Shown: positions 37,702 to 51,722 of the stretch, in pieces | Layout: the number at the start of each line of letters is the position of its first letter | How positions within the stretch are numbered: the first letter of the stretch is position 1 | From: Octopus vulgaris | Taxonomy: Eukaryota | Assembly (NCBI GenBank): GCA_951406725.2 | Contig: OX597817.1 | Coordinates: 133,424,001-133,488,000, forward strand | Length of the DNA: 64,000 nucleotides | Direction of reading: 5' to 3' | Translations under genes and position numbers: made by a program | Notes under the pieces: generated by a model | The model's database searches: none | Told to the model about the DNA's origin: nothing | Seen by the model: the letters and a program-made list of their open reading frames with translations, nothing else

Positions 37702-39599
37702 ATATACGTGTACACACATGCACACACACACATGTATGCACATATATGGTTGAGAAGTTTGATTCTCAAGTATATTGTTTCAGGTTGAGTCTCACTGTTT
37801 AACACTTTCAGTGAGTTTCTTCTACTAGAGTCCTCGGCTGATTAAAGCCTTGTTAATGGATATGGTAAACGAAAACTATAAGAAGTCCATTGTGTGTGTG
37901 TGTCTTGACAACATGCAATAGCTGTGAGTGTCACTGTCATAGAAGCAGTGTTATTCATTTTCAATATTCTGCATAAACATGTTTGACCATTTGGAAATAT
38001 TTCCTTGCTTGGAAATGTGTAAATTGGCAACAATGTGTGAAAGGGCATCTAGCATTAGAAAATCTGCCTTGTTTCACTCCATGGAAAGTGTACATTAAAA
38101 TGTGTGTGTGTGTATGCATACATGTATATTTATTTGTTTCTTTCCCCTGTTTTGACGTATGCATGCTAATTGGTGACTAAGTCACCATTCACAAATGATG
38201 TTATTTGTTTGCACTCTTACATAAAAACATGTCCAGCTACCAGGCTGTTTACTGTTTGAAGGATTAGAGAAAATACTACATTACTTGGAAACAGTGAGGG
38301 TTGGTAACAGGAAGAGCATCTCCCCACAGAAAATCTACATGAACAGACCCATGTAAGCATGGAAGAATGGATGTTAAGAAGATACTGTTGTTTCTGATGA
38401 CATATTGCTTTGCCTTGTAGAATGCATATCTTTTCAAATCTTGACATCCTTTCATAATCTATTGCATATTTTTGTAGTGCAAAAACTTATCTTTAAAAGC
38501 TGTTATTGTTTGGGTCATGGTTATTAAATATTCTGGTAGTATTTAAAAGAAATCGGGGCATAAAATATTTAAAACAAAAAGGTTTAGGCTGAAGGTATTT
38601 TCTTGTAATTTTGTTGTAAATACTCTGTATTGATTACAATGAAGAGAATAACAAACAACTAAAGTAGCTGTACTACATGCACGGGGAAAATAATATCTGT
38701 ATATACAATTTTTCTAGTTCTCACAAAGGATTGAAACAGTCTCATCTGAAACTGAAGATCAATACTTATATCTTTTACATCTAGTTAAGATCTATTGCAA
38801 CTAGGTCTATGTAGTGGTGTTTTGTCATATATAATGTTTTGGAGACTATTATATATATGTGTATATATATATATGTATGTATATATTATCTGGAAGCATT
38901 CAGTTTCTAATGTCAGTATAATAAAGTATTTATTGCCCTTAATCTCCCAACTGGTTTCCGGTAAGTAAGTAGACAATTTCTTTATTCCAATCTATACTAC
39001 TTTTCCAGTAATGAAGTCCAAACGGTATATTTTCTCTCACATCATTTATTCTTTCCCCTCTTTCTTCTCTCTCTCTCTCTTGTTTTCAATATATCATAAA
39101 GATTAGTCTACAATTGAAGTTTTTCATTTTTGTTTTTCCTGTGAAATAATAGTTTTGATATTTGAATATTTTGCAGAAGATATGGCATAATGTCAGAGAT
39201 GGAAGAAATGTTTCAATCAGTAAAGATAAAAAAAAGAAGAAAACAAACCCAATGAAATAGAATAAAAAAAGGAAAAGTCACACATACACAATATACATTT
39301 ACTCATACTTATGCACCGATAAATGTTCTCACATATGAAAATACGTTTGAAGATGCTTATAAATGTTAGAAAACAAACATTCTCTTAGAGAAACAAGGCC
39401 AGTTTCAACTGAGCTTTGGTACAATACAGTTTGGGGTTTATAGAGACACTACCCTGTCATAAGTTCAGATTCTAGTTCTCTCATTGTGTTGAACTTCTGT
39501 ACAAAGTACCTGACACTGTTTATTTCTGTTTGCTTGACTCAGTATTAAAAACAAGCCCTACTTCAAGGCATTCAGCTATAAGATTAACCATACTATACG

Positions 39600-40013
39600 A
39601 GTGAGATCGTTGCCAGAGCAACAAGCTGGCCTCCATGCCAATGGCACGTTAAAAACACCATTCGAGTGTGATCATTACATGCATTGCCTTACTAGCACTT
39701 GTGCTGGTGGCACATGAAAAAAAAAACACTCGAGCAAGGTTGCTGCCAGTGCCGCTGGACTAGCTCCTGTGCAGGTGGCACATAAAAAGCACCATTTGAG
39801 TGTGACCGTTGCCAGTACCACCTGACTGGCCCTCGTACCAGTGGCACGTAAAAGCACCCACTACACTCTTGTAGTGGTTGGCGTTAAGAAGGGCATCCAG
39901 CTGTAGAAACTCTGCCAGATCAGATTGGAGTCTGGTGCAGCCATCTGATTCACCAGACCTCAGTCAAATCATCCAACCCATGGAAAGCAGATGTTAAACG
40001 ATGATGATGATGA
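39600..40013 (+). mobile_element. RTE 3'-UTR-derived short element with (ATG)n tail
   Basis: Same subrepeats and ggttggcgttaagaagggcatccag block as the UTR at 27566-28030. Further copies near 7650-7900, 14775-15120, 40790-41000, 51925-52270, 53930-54175 and 59240-59410. Confidence 0.8.
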
Positions 40014-41509
40014 TTCCACACAGAAAAAAAAAATGAACATAGAACAAAAATGGAAATACTACTTGAAAAAGATTTGTTTTCCATTTATTAACCTAAAATA
40101 TAACTTCCAAAGGTCCACACATTTTGTCTTTCAGTGGATAATGAGAAGGCTAAGTGTGGAAGAATGACTTAAGTGGAATATCTAGATTAGACTTGAATTT
40201 TAGTATAATAGTTGGGAAGCTAACAATATGAATTCAAGACTCTGGACTACTTTGATGCTTTTGGAAGTTATAGGTACATTTTGTAAATGATGATAATGCT
40301 AGAAATTGATTTAGCATTTACAATGATGTTTAGGCATTGAATGTTGAGTATTAGCAACATTTGAAGTTGAAGTTTAGTGTAGTCCTTTGGATGTGCAATT
40401 ATAAAACTATGGGAATGATTGAGCATATAGGAAGTTTCATTGAACTGAGATTGCATGTGTGCATTGTGCACCTCTTTCATGATATCTCTGATAGTAATTT
40501 AAAAGTTATTTGATATCCCTGCTAATAATATAAATAGATTGATAGAGAGAACCTTCCAAATATTTCTGACAGAAATTTGAAGTTATTTAACATTAATAGA
40601 TCAATCAAAAGGGGAACCCTTTATAATATCGTTGTTTATTTTGATTTTAAAAAATAAACAAAGCATAAAAGAAACGCATTATTTATGGGAAGACTCAATA
40701 TATAAATCTGTACCTTTCATCAATTCACTTAAAACATCAGGCTCTCTATCATTTTTTCTGTCAATGTCATGGTTCTTTAGTCTTACTTGTTGCAAGGTAT
40801 CACTACTGATGCCACAAAAATGCACCCAATACACTCTGTAAAGTGGTTGGCATTAGGGAGGGTATACAGCCATAGAAAACCTGCTGAAATTGAGACATTG
40901 GAGCGTGGTGTGGTCATCTGACACATTAGATCTTGTCAAACCATCCAACTAACTTTGAGAGTGGGCCTAAAATAATGTCATTGATGATGATGATGATGAT
41001 CTGTGTGTGTGTGTATGTGCACTCATACATAATACACACGTGCACAAACACGCACACATTGAGTGTTTGTGTGTGGATGAATGAATGAATTATACAAACA
41101 GATATATCCATCCTTGATCGACACGTCTGTAAATTGTACTGTGTTTGATGTCTGTTGAACTGTTATTTGCATGATTACATCATAGCGTGATTTAGGAGCT
41201 ATGCTTTTAATAGCAATCCTGACTCATTTGTTCTGGCATTCAGTAAATAGAAAGGTTAGCTTTATTGTCAGAAGCTGAGTTCTTGCAGTAATTTTTATAA
41301 TTTCAGTAGCCATAAGTGTCAATCAGTTACAAATCAACTACAAAAAGAAAACCTTATAAAGAAAATATCTGTTGGCCTTATCTAACAATTATCTTTCAAT
41401 AATTGGTTAGATTTAGCATCAAATAACTTTGCTTTCAGAAACAGTATCAATAATAAGAAATGATATCTGAAAAAAGAAGAAAAAAAACAATGGCTAAGTA
41501 TGAATTTAC

Positions 41510-41672
41510 CTTTTGTGCCTTGCGTTTGTCTGCTCTTTGGTTCTGATGATAAATACGACTAAAGTTTGAAACAATTACAGGCACTGGTAATGCAATAACC
41601 AATACACCACTCAGGGAACACACACCACCAACTATTTTACCAGTTATTGTGTTTGGTACCATATCACCATAT
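41510..41672 (-). CDS. Shal: Shal/Kv4 potassium channel internal exon: end of selectivity filter, S6, start of C-terminus
   Basis: Translates (G)[54 protein letters not shown], a Kv4-specific sequence. Boundaries are ttttgtag|A TAT GGT (phase 2, splitting the first Gly of GYG) and AAG|gtaaat. Length is 163 nt. Confidence 0.98.
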
Positions 41673-42626
41673 CTACAAAATAAGTATATAATGATAGAGT
41701 AAATCAAGTGAAACTAAAGTTACAAAATGTAACTATGACAAAGTCAACGAAATTATTTAATTATTTCTGAAATATAAGGAAATACAGTTTGTGCTTAACT
41801 CTGGATGTAGCAGTATTTTATGAAAAGGCAATCTTTTTGTAAAGAACAGTTATCTCTTGTACATATATCATTCCCAGAGAATCTTGAGTCTATGTCTCAA
41901 AATTAGTTGAACTGAAACATATGGAATTTTCCTGTCTTGAGACCTAATGAAGTGTTAGTAACACAGAATATAAGCTTATTGTAAACAGTGCTCAGGTGCA
42001 TTAGAATTCATTAAAAAAGGTAAGATAAAAATAATCCTTTCTACTATAGGCACAAGGCTTGAAATTTTGTGGAAGGGGGCTAATAGATTATATCAATCCC
42101 AGTACATAACAGGAACTTATTTCATCAACTCTGAAAGCACGAAAGGCAAAGTTGACATCGGTGGTGGAATTTGAACTCAGAACATTAGGATGAATAAAAT
42201 GCTTAGCAGCATTTTGCCAAGTGTGCTAATGATTCTGCCAGCTCACCATGTTATAATAATAATGATAATGTGCTTATTGTTTACATTGTTCAGGTGCCAT
42301 TACTTGTTGGAAAAAGGGTAAAAGTGGGCACAGGCAGCAATAACTCAAGTACAGCAAGACAGCAATGATAACCAAAAATACAAGCTGTGTACTCAAAATA
42401 AAATGCAAAACGGCAGAAAAGTGAACAATCAAAGAGTTATAAAGAGGAAATGGCACTTAGACACATCAGAAGTAGTGTTGGCAAATTTTGGGAAGCATAG
42501 AATTTTGAATGATGCAAAGTTCTAACAGCTAACAACTGGGTTGTTTTTTCCATGATTTCTGAGCATGAAAAGATGTTATTTTTTTTAGTTTTGTGCTTTC
42601 GTTGTGTGATTTCTCAAATCATTTAA

Positions 42627-45063
42627 CTCTTTAGTGTTTAGACCGGCCAAAACTGGCCAAAAATTATTCTCCTGTATTTGTTTGAACTGGCCAAATCCAG
42701 CCATATCTGATTCCCCTACAAAATCGCTAAAAAATAAACAAATCACATTACTAAATTCTTGTAGCTTTGAGATAATATAAGATAAAGCCTTTCCCACCAT
42801 TATTCAAGTAAAAATATGGTGAAAGTTTTGAGACTTCTTGGTTTTTTTTTTCAATGTTTGAAGAGAAGTATATATCTTAGTTTTTAACAATACACCAATC
42901 TGACCGTACGACAGGCACCCATGCCAACCCCCCCTTGCTTGCAAAGACATGTTGGGGCAAGCGAAATCGAATTGAACCAGCCAGGTTCCCTGGTCTGGTG
43001 GTACGTAAAAAGCACTATCCGACTCATGGCCGATGCCAGCGCCGCCTCCACTGGCTTCCGTGCCGGTGGCACGTAAAATACACCAATCTGACCGTACAAC
43101 AGGCACCCATGCCAACCCCCTTGCTTGCAAAGACATGTTGGGGCAAGCGAAATCGAAATCGAATTGAACCAGCCAGGATCCCTGGTCTGGTGGTACGTAA
43201 AAAGCACCATCCGACTCGTGGCTGATGCCAGCACCGCCTCGTCTGGCTTCCGTGCCGGTGGCACATAAAATACACCAATCCGACCGTGGCCGTTGCCAGC
43301 CTCGCCTGGCACCTGTGCAGGTGGCACGTAAAAAGCACCCACTACACTCACGGAGTGGTTGGCGTTAGGAAGGGCATCCAGCTGTAGAAACACTGCCAGA
43401 TAAGACTGGAGCCTGGTGCAGCCTTCTGGCTTCCCAGATCCCCGGTCGAACCGTCCAACCCATGCTAGCATGGAGAACGGACGTTAAACGATGATGATGA
43501 TGATGATGCCATCAGCAAGTTGCGATTCTGACTTCAATTGTTTTACTTTTGATGATGTACAAAATACAAACACAAGCAACAGTGATTTTGTCTTCAGACA
43601 AATCATATTGACATTTATGAATCTTTGCTGGACAAGGAATATTTTGATAATGAAAGTAATAGAAATGAAAGTGATGAAAATGATATTGAAAACATTACGG
43701 CAACATGGTTGAAGTTTACTACATCAACTGGAATTCCCGATTTCACAGAAAAGACTGGTCCACAATATGATCTACCTCCCGATGTTCAACCATTGGACTA
43801 TTTATTTTTATTCTTACCGAAAAGTTTTTTGAAACTGTCATGGAGGAGACAAATATGCTCAACACATAATTTCTATCTGTGGGAGACCTGATCCACTATG
43901 GCAGCCAACTGATACTGCGTAAATGCAAACTTCTTTTTACTCTAAACATTATGTTTGACCTCAAGCAGCTTCCTCAACTGTGGAGTTGTTGGAATCCTGA
44001 TATAAGGTATGGTGATCTATATATCTCCTGAATTATGTCTAAGTATAGTTAATTCATATATTGTTTATGTAAAAAGCCACACAGTACCTCAGCCACCAAA
44101 GGACCATGACCATTTGAAATTTTGGGCTGACATTGCATCTCAGTTACATAGGGCTTTTCTTCCAGAAAGCACAGAACTAGGAGAAAAGCAAAATTAACTG
44201 AGGTGGATGTCAACAGAGAAAATATTGTCTTCCATGAAGTGGAAAAAATAAATGGAAGAAAAAAGTTTGCAGACTGGTTGCTGCAAAAAAGAAAAACTGT
44301 AGAAGGATATCAGGTCAAGACCTCATATATGTCTTCATTTTACAAAGTGCCCTTGTGTAAAGGGTGCTTTGGACAGTTTCATGATAGAAATATGGCATAA
44401 CTATATTTTGTTGTTTGTTAGTTATACTATCATATATTCCTTTCATTTTATTACAAATATGTGAAAGTGAGAAATACATATTAATTTTCAGTATGTTATA
44501 CACCTGTATTCACAGTTGCATCACCTGCTAATGAGCTCTTTTTATTAGATGCATTCTATTATATAAATGTATTCATTAAATTGTATAAAAGTACATAGTC
44601 AATGGTATATTGTCTAGTAAAAGATTTTTGTACTTTATTTTCAATGAAATATAGAGAAATAATCAAATCTTGTACTGATTATACCTGAATTTTAACTAAT
44701 TCAAATTAATGTACCTCATCTTGAAAATTGGCAAAATTGTTGAGGGTTGACATCTGGGATAATTTTAGTAACAAATCAAACAAGTAAGAAGCATTAAGAA
44801 TGTCAATTTTAGTGTTTATCCATAATGTTATTGCTTTTACACCTGTTAATTAAATTTACCTGCCTGTAAAAGTCAAATTTAATCAGCAAAATCAGCTAAA
44901 ATTACATAACTATAACCCACTGGTATATAAGCACCCACTGACAAAATTCCAAATCTGTATGTAAAAAATTAACAAAGTTACAAGCAAATATTGTGGACAC
45001 CTCTCTTGAACCTGAATAATTCAAAATAATGTGAATAAGCATCACATTTGACAGATTAAAGGG
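42627..45063 (+). mobile_element. Degenerate piggyBac transposon with nested RTE-tail insertion
   Basis: TTAA|ctctttag ... ttaaaggg|cTAA ends. Transposase relics include an acidic N-terminus, FTEKTGPQYDLPPDVQPLDYLFLFLP and C-terminal VPLCKGCFGQFH. Confidence 0.75.
42890..43507 (+). mobile_element. Young RTE 3'-UTR element with internal tandem duplication of about 185 bp
   Basis: CpGs are largely intact. The block aatacaccaatctgaccgtac...ggtggcac occurs twice, and the element ends in (ATG)n. Confidence 0.8.
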
Positions 45064-46445
45064 CTAAACATCAAAAGGAATAGCATAGTGGGCAGAGCAG
45101 CAGATATGAAATCACAGCCCATGTGCTGATATTCTGTTATGCTCTACAGCCAGCTATTTTATATCTTCTGTACCTAAGACAAATGACTTCTTCTGCCCCA
45201 ATCTATTTCTCTGCAACATGAATAACAGAAAACAATTCATTTTTTTCTTTTTTTATTTTTATCTAAAGATTGACTCTGCACTGATTTATAAGAATTCATG
45301 TGTTCACAATGGCATTTAGAATTATTCATATTTGTGAATTTTATGCATTAAATTTTTTTATATGGACTAACATTAATTTCCTTAGACCCTGATTTATTTT
45401 AATACAAATACCAAGCCAATGTCTCAGTAAACTGATAATTAAAGGCTAAAGCATAAGCTCCTTGCTTAAAATTATAATAGATGTTCATCACTATCCATTT
45501 TACATCCACTTTTCATGCTGGCATGGGTTGAATGCAGTTTTGAAAAATTTAGACATAACTAATTAGTCCAGTAATAATATCAACCAGCTAGTTGCAGGTA
45601 AGCTGTGTTATGTGCCTTTCTCAAATACTATTCAAATGATGTTATAATTTCAAACTGACAGCTAATCTTATACTTTACTATACAACCATTTTGGTACAAA
45701 GCACAGTTTATCAATCCTGAACGAGTGAAAGGCAAAGTTAACCCATACTAGATTTAACTTCAGAATATTGAAAGACGTGACTAAATTATCTAAGACATAC
45801 TTTACTATTTTAGCTAATACTGTTGAAATCTGAAGACATTATTTACTCAGTATGAGGTGGCTTCTCTCTGGTACCAATGTAAAGCTGAAGCAAATATTAG
45901 CAGTCATACAATAGTAGTTTAATCTGTGCTATGCTCTTTACATGCTTAGTGTCTTTTAATTGTGTGGAATCTAGTTTATAGAATAGTTTTCCAGTTTACA
46001 TAATTATAATTATCAAATGCTAAACACTATTGATACATAAAGACAATCTTCTGAATCAAGTTGGATTTATCTATCAAAAATATTTTGAATATTGTAAAAT
46101 TGTTGGAAATATATTGAAGACATTATAGAAAACATTATCTACTTATGAAAGTAGATAATGTTGTCCAACCCATGCTAGCATGGAAAACGGACACTAAACG
46201 ATGATGATGATGATGATGAAATACGTAATTTCTTGTGAAATTGTATTTTCCTCAAAATGCTTGATCATTTAGCTGGTGTTGTGACTTCAAAGATAGCAGT
46301 AAAGGTGCAAGTTTTATAAAAGATCTTTGAAAATTATATTCTTTGTTATACCACTTGTCCTCTTTTAACATGAGACATTTTATCTCTTATTTTTATTTGA
46401 CTTCAAAAAAAGATAATGTTAATAATAGAATGAAATTGAAAGCAT

Positions 46446-46485
<40 letters not shown>

Positions 46486-48692
46486 TGCACTGGCAATGCC
46501 TTAACAAGTCTTGATGCACTCTACATCCCATTTCCATATGAGAAGGGTGCTTATAGTTGGACTTGAACAGAAATTCAATAGCTGCCTCAAAACTATGGAT
46601 TCTAAAAACAAATAAATACATCTATAATATAGATTATAATCAGTTTAAAATATGTATAAATCAACTGACTTACAAATAATATAAATAGTGTATCTATAAT
46701 AGATTATCTGCATAGTTTAAGAAGAAATTTCTTTCACAAACTATATCCTATGTATATCATAGATTATGTCTTTGATTTCATTCCATAGTGAAAGCATTAC
46801 ATTCATAGATCACAACAAAATGATATTATTGACAATAATAACCTTTAATTTATGCAAACATATGTTTGCCATATGTTTGTTTCTTATTCACTATTAAGTG
46901 AACTGAACCATAAGATTTAAAATATCTTTACTAGGTTCACAGCAAAATACTAAAGGCGACGGTGATGAAGTATGAAAGATGAATACCTTTATTGGTAAGC
47001 TGACTCCCTGCCAACTTCATTTAGTCATCATCGTTGTCAATATCATTTTTCTTTTTATATCTGGGTCGGACAAGACTTCTTGGGGCAGTGTTCTACATTT
47101 GGATTCCCTTCTTGGCACCAGCCCTTGTTCCCAAGTAAGCTACTTTATTTCGCGGGTGTTTGTTCTTTGAACAACTGAGCTGCAAGTCATTGTTTATGTT
47201 GCACTTAAATATACATTGCTGCTATCCAAGTGATGTCAGTGCCAAAGGACATGCAGATAAACACACACATACACATTATGTAATAGGCTTCTGCATGGTC
47301 TTTATCAACTAAATTTCCCTCGCAAGGTTGTTTTTCAGCTCCAGGCTACAGTAGAAAGTACTTTACCATGGGACTGAATCCCAAACCAAAGCATGTTGCA
47401 GCAAGGTAAACTTCTTAATTACACAGCCACATTTATGTCATTAATAATATTTTCATGTGAGGTCCAAATCTACAAAATTGGCCGGGTGAGGTTTAGTTGA
47501 ATGAATCAGTCCCAATATATACTGAGTAGTTATTTTATCAGGATAAAAAGGAATGTTCATTCCGGCAAGATTTGAACTCAGACTGTGAGAGAATGAATGT
47601 CTCTGCTACTCCACCACATTATCTGAAATAACTTAATTATTTCAGATTATTTCTTCTACAAATCAAAATCAGGACCCAGTTTTAACACGTCTCATTAATT
47701 GCCCTCCCCTCAAAAATGACTACCACAATTCTATTCTTTCATAAAACATCATGTTCAAAATAACCAATCATGTTTACCTCTCTTGTGGGATTTATAAAAG
47801 TAGATAGATGAAAATATCAATAGGTATGCATTAGAAAACTATATAATTTAATTAACTGAATATATTATTAAGTATTGATTTGCTGTTACACTCCTTGCTT
47901 GATTAGTTTTAACTATTAATGGTGCTTCAATTTAAAGAAAAATATTCAATTTTATTTAAAATATTAAACTTGCTTAGTCTCAAATTGTGGTGTGAGGCAG
48001 TGAAAGAATATATAATGAGGGAAAATAAAAGCTTACAGAACCAAACATAAACACAAAACCCCACAAAATATGCACATCTGTCTGTCTCTCTAGGTATGTG
48101 TGTGTGTGTGTGTGTGCGCGCGCTCATATTTGTGTGTAGATGCCAAATACATGTTCTCAGTACTAACAGTCATAAGAATTCATTAATTAACAATGTATGA
48201 ACTCATACATTAGTCTGTTTGTCTATTTGTATGCATACACACTCATACATACACATGCATAAGCACACACAAATTACTACACCTGTGTATAAAGTGTCAT
48301 TCATTAACGTTGTCTATTTATATGTAATCTATCTATATGTGTGTATCTGATCTAGTTTTGGCCTAGAATTTAAGGATAAAGTAGCTAAATAGAGATGTAA
48401 TCTTAATACACAAATTATTGAAAGCAGATTAGAGTGAAAGGAGGGCATGTCATTGGCTGATTGAGCGGCGAAGATTTTGACTGGATTATACAAGCTCTTT
48501 CATGATTCTAACTTCAGCCTGGCAAAAGGATAGAAGAAATGAAGTCACCAGCAGCGATTTACATTGTGTAAGCCAGTAGGAAAACAATATGCATCTGTTT
48601 GTGTTGCTATGCTACCAACAAGAATTGTTCATAGAGAAGACACAAACAAACAAACAAGACTAAAACAAAGGGGGAAAAAATCAGTAAATAAA

Positions 48693-48735
<43 letters not shown>

Positions 48736-50735
48736 ATTAGTAGTATTGAACAAAACAAATGAATTACTAGCAGTAGTAGATGTAGTAGCAGCAGCAGCAT
48801 GCAAAATATAGATGCGCTAGAAGTACTGAATAGCTAACATAATCTACTGACAGTTGAATTAAACAAATGAGAAAGTAAGTGATATGAATGAAATAGAATA
48901 GAAATACTAAATAAGTTATATACTGCTTGTGACAGATTAAATATAGCAGTTTATCAAATAATATACCTAAGTATGAGTGGCATAGCTATATTATCACAAC
49001 ACTTATGTACTGAACTAAACATACACAGTTGCAAGGTGTTGATATTTAAATAGAAATTTCTTCTTGCCAACAATGCACAAGGTCGATGTTTTGTTGGAGA
49101 GAGAGAGAGAGAGAGATGGGGTTATATTCAATTATATCAACCTCTCTTTAATACTGCCACTTACATATTCTCAATAGAAGATTGAAAGCCTATGTCAATT
49201 GCTGCAGGATTCGAACCTGGGAGAAAGAGGGAAAAGTAAACTAGCTAAGATTTAGAATTGAGTAAAGCTTTTATTGATTCAGCCACCTCCACGAATCATA
49301 CTTCACTAAGCATATCTATTGTTAATATTGATAGGTGTGAAGGCGGCAAGCTGGCAGAAACATTAGCATGCCGGGCGAAATACCTAGCAGTATTTCGTCT
49401 GTCTTTAAGTTCTGAGTTCAAATTCTACTGAGGTCGACTTTGCCTTTCATCCTTTCGGGGTTGATAAATTAAGTACCAGTTGCGTATTGGGGTCGATCTA
49501 ATCAACTGGCCCCCTCCCCGCAAAATTTTGGGCCTTGTGCCTGGAGTAGAAAAGAATATTGATAGGTGTGGGCATGGCTGTGTGGTTGGTAAGTTCATTC
49601 CTCAAGCATGTGGTCTTGAGTTCAGTACTTCTGCATGGCACCCTGGGCATGTGCCTTCTAATACAGTCTTGAGACAACTAAAGCCTTGTGAGTAAATTTG
49701 ATCAAGAAACTAAAAGAAAACAGTTATATATGTGCATGTATATATGTGTGTGCTTGCATCTCCTTTTTGTGACATAGTGTGACTGGTACAAATAGATATC
49801 ACCATCATGCAAGTGGTGTCCTTATGGAAACCAATTCAGCCGTGGGGAAATATGACCTTACTTGGAAACAGATGAGGGTTGGCAACAGGAAGGGAATTCA
49901 GCCATATGAAACCTGCCTTGTCAAATTCCATCTGACACATGCAATATTGGAAAAGTGAATGTTTGAATGGGGATGTTGGTTTTGTTTAACCTCAGCTCAA
50001 CCTTAATCAAGCAGAACTGTGGACTAAAACTTTTGAAGTCACACTGTGTCTACCATGACATTATTTAATTTGTTTTTTTCTTTTTTAGGATGGTAGGGTG
50101 TAATTTGAAGGATATTTACTGATATTTCTGGCATGTTAAATGGCTGTGTAGAAGCACCCTCAAGTAATAGAAGACAATATTTATCACTTCACTGACTAGC
50201 ATAAGAAAAACCTAACCACAGATAAGAAATTGAAATAAAATATAATTCCTTATAATGGGGTTGTAAAACTGTGATTCTAAACTAAAATCCCCCAAAGAGG
50301 GTCTAAATTGGGATGCTGAAGTAAATACTATGATCATGAAATCAGACCACTGTCTATTATGCCAGTAGTAAACATTATATATATAAATATTTACTACTCT
50401 CGTCTCTTCGTGAGATTTTACAATTAGCTATTTTGCTTGTTGCAAATCTGTGACAGATGGTCACTTTGTTTACAATATATTAAAAGCATTAGTAGACTCT
50501 GGCTTTCACTCTGGCATACAGGTGCTCATGACTGAGGATGAGCCAAATAGCTTGAAACTGAGTCAGTCTCACAATCCGGATACCTGCTAGAGGGTGGTAA
50601 GCATTTGCTCCCCTTGCTAACAGTATATTGTATATAAAGGGTGCAGTGTCGTACCAATTACCCACGGGCAGAGAATCTGCCTGGGGTTAAACTGGTAGTA
50701 ATATTTAACAGCCACTTTGATGTAGCAACTGGCTT

Positions 50736-50769
<34 letters not shown>

Positions 50770-50792
50770 CGAGAGAGAGAGAGAGAGAAATA

Positions 50793-51034
50793 AAAGATTA
50801 TTTTCCAACATAATGTTGCAGTCCTATTTCGGACGAATGTTACTGTTATTTAGCCCCAAGACACATCATTTCCAGTTGGCTATTGACACACTACCTGCTT
50901 TCTTATATTTTCAAACAAGGGAGTTTAGTGTCCTCACTCAGCTTTAGCCAGCTGGAGACGATGTTTCCTGGGGCTATGTAACAGTAACATTCATCTGAAC
51001 CAGGACTGCTATATTATGTTGGCAAATAATCTTT
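50793..51034. mobile_element. Fold-back MITE with about 90-bp imperfect arms
   Basis: aaagattattttccaacataatgttgcagtcct...gttactgtt pairs with aacagtaac...aggactgctatattatgttggcaaataatcttt. Confidence 0.8.
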
Positions 51035-51669
51035 ACTCTAGAGTACTGTTACTAAATGTTTCTCACTCAGAAATTTAGAAATAATTATTTATATATATAT
51101 ATTCAGCAGTATCAGCACCAAGCAGTGTTTAGACATAAGCAAACTTTTAGTTAGTTAAAATATGTTTGTGACATATTTCAATATATTCTTTGATATATAT
51201 ATATATAAACATGTTGAGGAAATAAAGTGTATGCTTGTTGTAGCAAAACTAAACATATATATATCTAATCTCCACCAACTAGTATTACTAAGTATACACT
51301 CGAACTAAATGTACACATACTTAGAGTGCTTAGATGAAATATGTTGATAAAAAATACATAAAATAGAAGTACTAAATATACACATGAACTTATTATACAC
51401 TCACACACTTGTAGTGTGAAGACTAAATATAGTCAATACACACAAACCAGTTGTGTGAAATATATACCTAAGCTAATTGTAAACTCATACACACTGAGCA
51501 TTAAAAAGTATATCAAGAATAAATATAGCCTCTGACACACCCCAAAATAGTACATTACTTTCTGTGTGTGTGTGTGTGTGTATTTATATATATATATGTG
51601 TATGTGTATATATATATATATATATACACACACTCACTCTCTCTCCTCTTCACATGTGTATGCATATAA

Positions 51670-51722
<53 letters not shown>

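Noticed and set aside
42274-42456. 60-aa hydrophobic ORF resembling a single-pass membrane peptide
   Set aside because: It has a GTG start, no convincing splice context, and hydrophobicity expected from T-rich sequence.
42804-43471. 195-aa ORF, the longest in the window, and overlapping ORFs
   Set aside because: They lie in a GC-rich RTE 3'-UTR repeat with an internal tandem duplication; several frames are open and no protein motif is present.
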